Of a DNA stretch of 20,000 bases, positions 1 through 6,583 are shown piece by piece; position 1 is the stretch's first letter, and the number at the start of each line of letters is the position of its first letter. The notes below the pieces were generated by a model, which saw only the letters and a program-made list of their open reading frames with translations, ran no database searches and had not been told where the DNA came from. The DNA is taken from IMG/VR virus record IMGVR_UViG_3300030104_002535; one strand, written 5' to 3'. The DNA is from an uncultured virus (IMG/VR IMGVR_UViG_3300030104_002535) (taxonomy: Duplodnaviria > Heunggongvirae > Uroviricota > Caudoviricetes). The translations under genes were made by a program, and so were the position numbers.

Positions 1-1
1 T

Positions 2-136
2 TGGTTTAAAGACACGACGAAAGAGCGTGATACAAGACTTGACTGGTACCAAGACGTACTAGATAAAGCTAGTCGTAAGCACGTTAGGTTAGCTAATAAG
101 CACGAACGACTAGGATATAACAAGGACTCAAACTAA
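2..136 (+). CDS. 3' end of a hypothetical protein, truncated by the window start (WFKDTTKERD...GYNKDSN*)
   Basis: My translation: frame 2 is open from base 2 to TAA at 134-136, on the same strand as the downstream genes. Not in the ORF track. Confidence 0.6.
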   Translation, partial: WFKDTTKERDTRLDWYQDVLDKASRKHVRLANKHERLGYNKDSN

Positions 137-165
137 ATTGAGTCTACAATACAAGGAACGACTAT

Positions 166-450
166 ATGTTAGATAATGATACTAAGATAAAAATCGACTC
201 GCTAGATAGACGACTAGAAAAAATACGTTCATCTGCGATTGAGTTAAAGTCTGATATGAAGACGTTATACTCAGAACTCGGACTCTCTCAGCGTAAGATT
301 AATACGTTAGAGTCTAAATATGGTATGTTAGTCGAAAGAATACTAGACGTTGATAGTGTGTTCAATAAACACACAAGACAGACTAGACAAATGCTTACAG
401 AACTAATGTACGAAATGTCCTCAAACTACGAGCTAGACAATAGGGCATAA
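166..450 (+). CDS. Hypothetical coiled-coil protein (94 aa)
   Basis: AAGGA RBS-like motif upstream of ATG. Heptad-like Leu/Ile spacing with charged residues. Confidence 0.75.
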   Translation: MLDNDTKIKIDSLDRRLEKIRSSAIELKSDMKTLYSELGLSQRKINTLESKYGMLVERILDVDSVFNKHTRQTRQMLTELMYEMSSNYELDNRA

Positions 451-467
451 CTTTTATATGAAGACGA

Positions 468-603
468 CACAGACAAACCCAGGGACGTTTATATTAAAAT
501 GCAGACGCAGTTTTACTTATTATTTATCTGCGTTGCAGACTCCTTTCACCCTGGGCGTCTGTGCAAGAATTTTAGGTCGGTACGACAGGTCGGACGATAC
601 CGA
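468..603 (+). ncRNA. Candidate structured RNA or leader: a long imperfect hairpin plus a short hairpin upstream of the GATase RBS
   Basis: Nested pairings CACAGAC 468-474/GTCTGTG 557-563, CCCAGGG 478-484/CCCTGGG 549-555, TGCA-G-ACGCAG 500-510/CTGCGT-TGCA 528-537. Second stem TCGGTA 577-582/TACCGA 598-603. RBS AGGAG at 622-626. Confidence 0.5.
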
Positions 604-634
604 GAACGTTAATAATAGAATAGGAGAATAGACT

Positions 635-1795
635 ATGTGTGGAATATATGGAATGGCTAAGAGCCAACGACCTTACACCAAACAAGATTGGGATGAAGTC
701 AGACGTATTATGCGTATGATGGCTATGGACTCAGAAGTCCGTGGCGCTCACTCGTCTGGTATTGCAGGCGTCGGTAATCAAGCCACAATACATAAATCAC
801 TACTAGAAAGCTCAAGATTCGTCGATACCAAAGAATACAATTCAGTAATCAAAGGTCTACGTAATGACGTCAATATTATTATTGGTCATACTAGATTTGC
901 GACTGCAGGTAGTATTACTAAGGAAAACGCACACCCATTTAGAGTAGGCAACGTCGTTGGCGCTCATAATGGTTGCGTATATAATATAGACGAAATGGAA
1001 AAGAAGTTAGATAAAAATTGTCCAGTCGATAGCCAATTAATCTTTAAGGCATTAGACTTAAACGACGATTTTCAATCTGCAATTAGAAATTTCGACAGCG
1101 ACTTTGCTTTAGCTTACGTCAAAGATAATCCTAATGTCTTAAACTTATGTCGCGAAACTAATAGACCTTTATATGTTGCTTACGTTAAACATTTACAGAC
1201 TCTGTTTTTTGCGTCAGAACAAGACTTCGTCGAACAACCTCTGTTTTTATTTACAGAGCTAGACGAAAAAGACATTAACGTCGTTAAACTAAATAGAAAT
1301 AATCTATATAGCTACGACATAAATAACTTTGACAAAGAAGGTAGTAATCCGACAAAGACTAAATTCAAATACGATTCAAGAGTCTATAGTTATGGTCTTA
1401 ATAGCTACTATAACAAGAATCTATATTCCTTTAGTAAGACAAAGACTGCAAACTTAGTCGGCGACACTTCGTATACCTTTAATGGTAATACTGAGTGGGA
1501 AATGGCTAACGACTATGCAGTGTTGCCTGACGATTGGAAAGAGAACGAATGGTACAAAGACGAACAAGAAAACCTAGCGACTATCTATGGTGGTAGTGCA
1601 GAACAATGGTTTTTCGACTCTGAAGAAGGTGTTTGGATGTATGCTACAATAGACGGCAGAATACTGCCTGAGTCTGTAGTGTCTAATGTTGGACAAATGA
1701 ATATGTTTAGTCCTGAAAATGATGAACTCTTAATTGATGATACAGACGACGCAGTTGCGTTGGACGTTGCGGAAGGTATAGACAATGCCTCCTGA
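635..1795 (+). CDS. Class II (Ntn-hydrolase) glutamine amidotransferase with an acidic C-terminal extension
   Basis: N-terminal MCGIYG (catalytic Cys2), RG-x-x-SSG, GHTRFAT, NAHPF, AHNG, VDS and FFASE are the hallmark GATase-II motifs. RBS AGGAG. Confidence 0.93.
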   Translation: MCGIYGMAKSQRPYTKQDWDEVRRIMRMMAMDSEVRGAHSSGIAGVGNQATIHKSLLESSRFVDTKEYNSVIKGLRNDVNIIIGHTRFATAGSITKENAHPFRVGNVVGAHNGCVYNIDEMEKKLDKNCPVDSQLIFKALDLNDDFQSAIRNFDSDFALAYVKDNPNVLNLCRETNRPLYVAYVKHLQTLFFASEQDFVEQPLFLFTELDEKDINVVKLNRNNLYSYDINNFDKEGSNPTKTKFKYDSRVYSYGLNSYYNKNLYSFSKTKTANLVGDTSYTFNGNTEWEMANDYAVLPDDWKENEWYKDEQENLATIYGGSAEQWFFDSEEGVWMYATIDGRILPESVVSNVGQMNMFSPENDELLIDDTDDAVALDVAEGIDNAS

Positions 1796-3815
1796 TTACA
1801 GAAGCCAATTAGATAGACTTTCAGAAGAAGTCAACGACGCACTTAACGATGAACAACAAATAATTGAAGAGTGCGTCCAGTGTGGAGGTAGCGTCGATGA
1901 AGATGAAGTCAGACACAACAATGACGACGAAGCTCATTGTGAAGGTTGTTATGATACCAACTACTTTAGTTGTGCAGACTGCGGAGAGGAAACAGACTCC
2001 GCAGACGAACATACTAACGACAGTGGCTCGTCTATATGTCCTGATTGTTTTGAAGACAACTACGACTATTGTGATGGTTGCGACGAAACTCTACATAGAG
2101 ACGACATGGTATGGAACGACTCAAGAGGAGCATATATGTGTACATCTTGCGACGAAGAAAACCGCGAGTCTCAAGTAGATTGGGAAGTAATGAGCAATAG
2201 CTACGTAAGAACAAGGACTGATTTTCTTACTCCGATTAACTCAGGTTATAGTATGCATAATGGTAGACTTACCAAGCAAACAGACCCTGAGATGATGACT
2301 AATGAACATAGAGTAAAGTCAAAAGCTAAGAAATGGATGAAAGACTCTCACGACGTAATTAAAAGTAAACGTTATGTCGGCTTAGAGTTAGAAATTAACT
2401 TAGACGATGATATGTATGACTATGATAGCGACTACTACGACGATATACATTATCTGTTGACAAGTAGGTTGGCTCAGTCTAGACATGTTTTGTCTGGAAT
2501 TCAACATAAGTACCCTTACTATATGCAAGGAAACTTTGGTTTCAACGTCGTTGGAGATTCGTCTGTGACTAGTAGCAATCATCCATTAGGGTGTGAAGTC
2601 GTTACTGGTCCTAGACGTGGAGATGTTATAGTCGAAGATGTACGTACTATGTGTAAAGCTCTTAAAGAAGACGCACACGCTTATATAAGCAGTAATTGTG
2701 GTCTGCATTTACACATAGACACAAGCGACTTTGACTATAAACACTTTTCAGTCCTTAGTGCACTTACTAAGTTAATAGAGCCACACGTTTATACGTGGCT
2801 TCCGTCTAGTAGACGTAATAGTCGTTGGGCTCAACCTGTCTCTCAAGATTATGGACAACTTAGAAATGTCTATGATAGAGATGACTTTATAAATGCCTGG
2901 TACGACGGAAATAGTTATTATCCTGAGAAATACCACGACAAAAGATATCATGGACTTAACCTTCATTGTCATTTTTATGCCAATCAAGGGTCTGAGATTA
3001 GATATCATAGTGGTACTCTCAACGCAGACAAAATCAAACATTGGGTCGTATTTTGGACGCAAGTCTTTGATACTGCGTATGATATTGCTAATCGTATAGA
3101 CGATGGACTTCCAGGGTCTAGTTTCTATGAGTCTTTAATTTATCAAAACAAACTGAAACTCTCAGACAGAGAAAGAAAGTTATTGTCAAGATATGAAAGA
3201 CACGAAGAAACACTAACAGACTACAGTAAAGTTAAGTCTGACCCTGAATTACATATACTATATCGTAAGTTAAGGGACTTTCATGGACTAAGTACAGATG
3301 TAAGTCTGTATGCTATTGTCTATGGGTACCATTATTTAAACCCTTGGTACACAAGACAAGACAAATGTTTGACGTTTGATGGCATGATGGACTTATTTGA
3401 CATACCAAAGTCTACAAGAGACTTCTATTACAATAGATACTACAATAGACGAAATGATGAATATTTCGACCACAACCACTTAAAACGTTGTTATGGTAAA
3501 ATCGACCAGTGGTATACATATTGTAAAGCAACAGAAACGTTTACTCTTGTAGACGACACTAGCAACAGACTCGTCAAATGGGACGAACTTGGTTGTAGGC
3601 GTCCAAGAAGCAATAGAAATTGGAGATACACCTATGACGAAGCAGACGTCCAACAACACGTTTGTAGACTAGTAAACAAATACGTAAACCAAACTGTTCA
3701 GTCTAATTTAAGGTATACTCAATCAGAGTACGACCTTATGCAACAGAACACAGAATGGTTAAGGCGACAATATACTAGAATAGAAAACTATGTAGAGCCT
3801 TTGCCGTTTGGTTAG
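1785..3815 (+). CDS. Putative amidoligase (COOH-NH2 ligase type 2, glutamine synthetase/glutamate-cysteine ligase-like fold) with N-terminal tandem CxxC Zn-finger repeats
   Basis: Motifs VGLELEI, GDSSV, GCEVVT, CGLHLHID, RYHGLNL and EIRYHSGTLN match my recollection of the Amidoligase_2 family pattern. Six CxxC motifs lie in roughly aa 30-122. Overlaps the GATase stop by 11 nt. Confidence 0.85.
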   Translation: MPPDYRSQLDRLSEEVNDALNDEQQIIEECVQCGGSVDEDEVRHNNDDEAHCEGCYDTNYFSCADCGEETDSADEHTNDSGSSICPDCFEDNYDYCDGCDETLHRDDMVWNDSRGAYMCTSCDEENRESQVDWEVMSNSYVRTRTDFLTPINSGYSMHNGRLTKQTDPEMMTNEHRVKSKAKKWMKDSHDVIKSKRYVGLELEINLDDDMYDYDSDYYDDIHYLLTSRLAQSRHVLSGIQHKYPYYMQGNFGFNVVGDSSVTSSNHPLGCEVVTGPRRGDVIVEDVRTMCKALKEDAHAYISSNCGLHLHIDTSDFDYKHFSVLSALTKLIEPHVYTWLPSSRRNSRWAQPVSQDYGQLRNVYDRDDFINAWYDGNSYYPEKYHDKRYHGLNLHCHFYANQGSEIRYHSGTLNADKIKHWVVFWTQVFDTAYDIANRIDDGLPGSSFYESLIYQNKLKLSDRERKLLSRYERHEETLTDYSKVKSDPELHILYRKLRDFHGLSTDVSLYAIVYGYHYLNPWYTRQDKCLTFDGMMDLFDIPKSTRDFYYNRYYNRRNDEYFDHNHLKRCYGKIDQWYTYCKATETFTLVDDTSNRLVKWDELGCRRPRSNRNWRYTYDEADVQQHVCRLVNKYVNQTVQSNLRYTQSEYDLMQQNTEWLRRQYTRIENYVEPLPFG

Positions 3816-3818
3816 TAA

Positions 3819-3910
3819 ATAGACGTAATTAAGACATTGACAATATTAATATATTAACAAATTAAATAATCTAACGTCGGTGTCTTTTTTACGTCTATAA
3901 AATTTTTTTT
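3819..3910 (+). terminator. Long hairpin followed by a T-tract directly after the amidoligase (terminator or processing/stability element)
   Basis: ATAGACGTAA 3819-3828/TTACGTCTAT 3889-3898, AAGACA 3831-3836/TGTCTT 3881-3886, TTGAC 3837-3841/GTCGG 3876-3880 (U-G wobbles). T8 at 3903-3910. Confidence 0.55.
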
Positions 3911-3942
3911 ATTGACATATATATATACTAGCTAGATAGATG

Positions 3943-3977
3943 TTGCGATTTTTAAAAATTATTATTATATTGAATTA
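3943..3977 (+). promoter_or_regulatory. Sigma70-type promoter TTGCGA-N17-TATATT, predicted +1 near A3977
   Basis: -35 at 3943-3948, -10 at 3966-3971, 17-nt spacer, AT-rich context. Same -10 hexamer as the promoter at 4899-4928. Confidence 0.6.
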
Positions 3978-4094
3978 TGGCAGATAGATTACATAAACAA
4001 TTTAAGCTAGATAAAGGACTAGCCGTATACATAAGTATACCTACCCTTAGCAAATGCGTTTATTGGTTGGCGCCTTTGTCTGCCATAAAGTTTT
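3975..4094 (+). ncRNA. Candidate rod-like small RNA (about 115 nt)
   Basis: TTATGGCAGA 3975-3984/TCTGCCATAA 4079-4088 is a perfect stem extendable by G-U pairs. Nested ATAAAC/GTTTAT, ATTT/AAAT, GCTA/TAGC, AGG/CCT, TAG/CTA, and an apical GTATAC-ATAA-GTATAC. Confidence 0.45.
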
Positions 4095-4120
4095 GTAAGC
4101 AACAAAGAGTCTGCATATGA
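3977..4120 (+). CDS. Possible 47-aa leaderless ORF (MADRLHKQFKLDKGLAVYISIPTLSKCVYWLAPLSAIKFCKQQRVCI)
   Basis: My translation, below the track cutoff. ATG is at the predicted +1 and the stop overlaps the next start (ATGA 4117-4120). Confidence 0.45.
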   Translation: MADRLHKQFKLDKGLAVYISIPTLSKCVYWLAPLSAIKFCKQQRVCI

Positions 4121-4326
4121 GCGACTATTTACAATTTTTGTCCACAGAAGAGTATGCAGACAACTATGGCATATATACTCCTGCAGTCCAATGCGACTGC
4201 GGGAATGCCTGCGACGGCGATGAGCCAAAGATTTATATTAACGAATGTGAATTGTGCGAGGAGTACAAAGATGAAGAAGATAGTAGACAAGACGTGGTCT
4301 ATAAAACACGAAGGTCATTTGAATAA
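4117..4326 (+). CDS. Small acidic Cys-rich protein, possibly Zn-binding (69 aa)
   Basis: CDCGNAC...CELC pattern. No clear SD, but ATGA coupling to the upstream ORF. Confidence 0.55.
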   Translation: MSDYLQFLSTEEYADNYGIYTPAVQCDCGNACDGDEPKIYINECELCEEYKDEEDSRQDVVYKTRRSFE

Positions 4327-4450
4327 AAATAATATTATATTTAATGAAAAGATGAACAGACTAATCCAAGACTTAGAAAGAGTTAATAATAGTCTAGGAC
4401 ATTTTGTGCTTAGGGAGGGCAAATGGATAAAAGAGCAAAAAAAGCAATAA
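4271..4450 (+). CDS. Hypothetical protein (59 aa, MKKIVDKTWS...)
   Basis: Internal start of track ORF 4154..4450. Strong SD GAGGAG at 4258-4263 precedes ATG 4271. Confidence 0.6.
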   Translation: MKKIVDKTWSIKHEGHLNKNNIIFNEKMNRLIQDLERVNNSLGHFVLREGKWIKEQKKQ

Positions 4451-4656
4451 GATTGCAAAGAGACATACTTAAATCTACGTCTATGTTACATAGTTTAGGA
4501 TATAGAATTGAAACTGTATACATAAAAGGCGCAGGTTGGAGTAGTGAGATAGTCGACAGAAATAATGGCGAAAATCACGAATTAGACGAACACAGTGAAC
4601 CTAGACCTTTTCCAGGAATGGAAGGCAGGGGAATAGACGGAGGTACAAATGAGTAA
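4423..4656 (+). CDS. Hypothetical protein (77 aa)
   Basis: SD GGAGGG upstream. Overlaps both neighbours, as is typical of a phage operon. Confidence 0.7.
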   Translation: MDKRAKKAIRLQRDILKSTSMLHSLGYRIETVYIKGAGWSSEIVDRNNGENHELDEHSEPRPFPGMEGRGIDGGTNE

Positions 4657-4882
4657 AGGATATGAGCAGTTTAAAAAAGTAGATAAAGAATTAGACGCAC
4701 TTCTTCTCTATCTAGAGAAGTTAGAAGAAGAGCACGCAAAAGTAATAAGCGATTGCGACAAAAACTTTAGAAACTATGAAAGGTATAAAAAAGGCTATAA
4801 TATATTATGTGCTTATTTTGATTACATACCTAATGACGAGAAAGACTCGGTAGATAAAAAGTTAATGAAATTGGATTTATAA
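4649..4882 (+). CDS. Hypothetical helical protein (77 aa)
   Basis: SD GGAGGT upstream. Coiled-coil-like N-terminal half. Confidence 0.75.
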   Translation: MSKGYEQFKKVDKELDALLLYLEKLEEEHAKVISDCDKNFRNYERYKKGYNILCAYFDYIPNDEKDSVDKKLMKLDL

Positions 4883-4935
4883 AGTTTTAAAGTTTATATT
4901 GACTATGGTAAAACTTTATAGCTATATTGCACTTA
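4878..4935 (+). promoter_or_regulatory. Sigma70-type promoter (TTGACT-N18-TATATT) overlapped by a 12-bp inverted repeat, probable operator
   Basis: -35 at 4899-4904, -10 at 4923-4928, ATG at 4935. TATAAAGTTTTA 4878-4889 and TAAAACTTTATA 4909-4920 are exact reverse complements. Tandem TAAAGTTT at 4880-4887 and 4888-4895. Confidence 0.7.
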
Positions 4936-5117
4936 TGAAAAACAGATACCAAACATCTTTTGTCGTAGATAAACAACTTTGGATAAAGTTTAAGTCTAAG
5001 ACATTGAAAGAAGGTGTATCAATTAAAGACAAACTGCATAGTCTGATGACAGATTATGTTAATAACAAGGAGACAAAGAATGCCCGCAATTGGTTTTCTC
5101 TACCCAAATGGAGATAA
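4935..5117 (+). CDS. Ribbon-helix-helix (Arc/CopG/ParG-like) DNA-binding protein, 60 aa
   Basis: YQTSFVVDKQLWIKFKSKTLKEGVSIKDKLHSLMTDYV fits the RHH pattern (beta strand, helix, G-x-S turn, helix). Start moved from TTG 4899, which is the -35 box, to ATG 4935. Confidence 0.75.
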   Translation: MKNRYQTSFVVDKQLWIKFKSKTLKEGVSIKDKLHSLMTDYVNNKETKNARNWFSLPKWR

Positions 5118-5961
5118 AGTAACGTTTGAAGACGTAAGGAAGGGCAATGTCGATATTGTTAAAATGGGTATGTCATTACCTACTTTAATTGAAATGTCGA
5201 AAGAAAGAGACCCTAATAGAAAGCCGTCTACTACAGAGTTGCTTGTCGGTACATGTGAGTCCTACTTAAAGAGAACGAAAGAATATTATGTGAATCCACA
5301 AGATAGAGCGTTTTCTTTGGCAGGAACAATGCACCACGCTAAACTCGAGCAACACGAGGACGACAGACATATGTTAGAAGAAAAGCTAGAAGAGTTTGAT
5401 ATAACTGGTATAGCCGACTTATATGATAAGGAGACTAAAACATTGCTAGATTATAAAAACACTGGCTCTTACAAGTGTGCTCAACTATTAGGGATGACAT
5501 ATAGACTAGTACCAGACCCGTCTGGTGCAAAATACAAAATCTCTGGCAAGTGGGGTAAAAAAGGTACTCCAAAACAAATAAAAGAATGGTACAGAGATGA
5601 AGGTTTAGCAGACTTCGGAGACTGGGGTTGGCAAGTAAATTGGTATAGATATCTTTTGGAGAAAGCTGGATATGACGTAGAACATATGTATATTCAGGTT
5701 ACTTTAAGAGACGGTGGACTAGCCGTATCTAGAGATAGAGGGCTAGACAGACATATCTATCTAATAGAAGTGCCAAAGTATGACGACGAAGTGTTAGAGT
5801 TTAAGTTTTTACAAGCTAGAGATGATTTATTAAAAGCTTTAGAAACTGGAAACTTACCTCAACAATGTAGTAAAGAACAAACCTGGGACGGTAAGAAGTG
5901 TGAAGCATATTGCGACGTACGAAACTTATGTCCTTACAACAATGGGAGTATAAATGGGTAA
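5080..5961 (+). CDS. Cas4/RecB-like PD-(D/E)xK exonuclease, probably Fe-S binding
   Basis: S-x-T...C, GT-x-x-H, E, GIAD, DYK and Q-x-x-x-Y motifs. C-terminal Cys cluster (QQC...KKCEAYCDVRNLC). SD AAGGAG supports a start at 5080. Confidence 0.85.
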   Translation: MPAIGFLYPNGDKVTFEDVRKGNVDIVKMGMSLPTLIEMSKERDPNRKPSTTELLVGTCESYLKRTKEYYVNPQDRAFSLAGTMHHAKLEQHEDDRHMLEEKLEEFDITGIADLYDKETKTLLDYKNTGSYKCAQLLGMTYRLVPDPSGAKYKISGKWGKKGTPKQIKEWYRDEGLADFGDWGWQVNWYRYLLEKAGYDVEHMYIQVTLRDGGLAVSRDRGLDRHIYLIEVPKYDDEVLEFKFLQARDDLLKALETGNLPQQCSKEQTWDGKKCEAYCDVRNLCPYNNGSING

Positions 5962-6583
5962 AATGAGTGAACTAGATATGTATCAGTCTGATATGGAGTC
6001 TTTGCAAGACCAAGCAATGCTTAACACTTCAGATGATATATTGATACGTAAGCACCAAAAGGTTTCAGAACAACCTACTCCTCAAGACGTAGTTAAAAGC
6101 AAAAATGGTTTTGACTATGTAGATGAAGGATATATGCGTTGGCGACTAAATCAACATTATCCTATTTGGTCTTGGGAAGTAGTGAAATATGAGACATTAG
6201 GTGATAAAGCTATTGTAGTACATGGACGTCTTAAGATTATGGACGAAGGTGTGACACGTAGTTTTGACTCAGTTGCTGCACATAGAATAGCTGTAGCTAG
6301 AAGTGGCAGTGGTTATGTAGACTTAGGTAATGACCTAAAAGCTGCAAACTCAGACGCATTTAAAGTTGCAGTCAACAGACTATGTAATGTAGCTGATGAT
6401 GTATATCGAAAGCAATATGTAGATAAGAGCCTTGGTGATGTCCAGGTAAATAATCTTATGGATGTTATTGCAGAACTAGATAAAAAAGAAGCAGACCAAG
6501 TGTATAATGCACTGAAGTCTGGAAAGATAAACCAGGACAATTACGATAAAGTAATGTCTAAACTTACTGGAGCAAAAAAATGA
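5954..6583 (+). CDS. Rad52/Sak-like single-strand annealing protein
   Basis: GFDYV...RLN...WSWEV...VHGRL...LKAANSDAFK...NVADDVY matches the Rad52/Sak pattern. Located between exonuclease and SSB. Confidence 0.8.
   Translation: MGKMSELDMYQSDMESLQDQAMLNTSDDILIRKHQKVSEQPTPQDVVKSKNGFDYVDEGYMRWRLNQHYPIWSWEVVKYETLGDKAIVVHGRLKIMDEGVTRSFDSVAAHRIAVARSGSGYVDLGNDLKAANSDAFKVAVNRLCNVADDVYRKQYVDKSLGDVQVNNLMDVIAELDKKEADQVYNALKSGKINQDNYDKVMSKLTGAKK

Noticed and set aside
635..1795. Calling the GATase glmS, purF or asnB
   Set aside because: It lacks the SIS, PRTase or asparagine synthetase partner domain.
1585..3099. Short alternative-frame and antisense ORFs inside the GATase and amidoligase
   Set aside because: Fully nested in well-supported genes, with shadow-ORF composition and no recognisable motifs.
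3837..3940. TTGACA at 3837 and 3912 as promoters, or the AT-rich (TA)n stretch as a replication origin
   Set aside because: No good -10 at 16-18 nt spacing and no iterons or DnaA boxes seen. Not excluded, but unsupported.
468..4094. Assigning the hairpins to tRNA, SRP RNA, hammerhead ribozyme or a known riboswitch
   Set aside because: No cloverleaf or T-loop, no SRP GNRA/CAGG-AGCA core and no CUGAUGA/GAAA core was recognisable by eye.
4899..4934. Track start TTG 4899 for the RHH gene
   Set aside because: The TTG is the -35 box of the predicted promoter and the RHH pattern begins at Met 4935.
5080..5961. Cas4-like gene as evidence of a CRISPR-Cas system
   Set aside because: I saw no repeat-spacer array or other cas genes. 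Its position next to Sak and SSB marks it as the recombination exonuclease.
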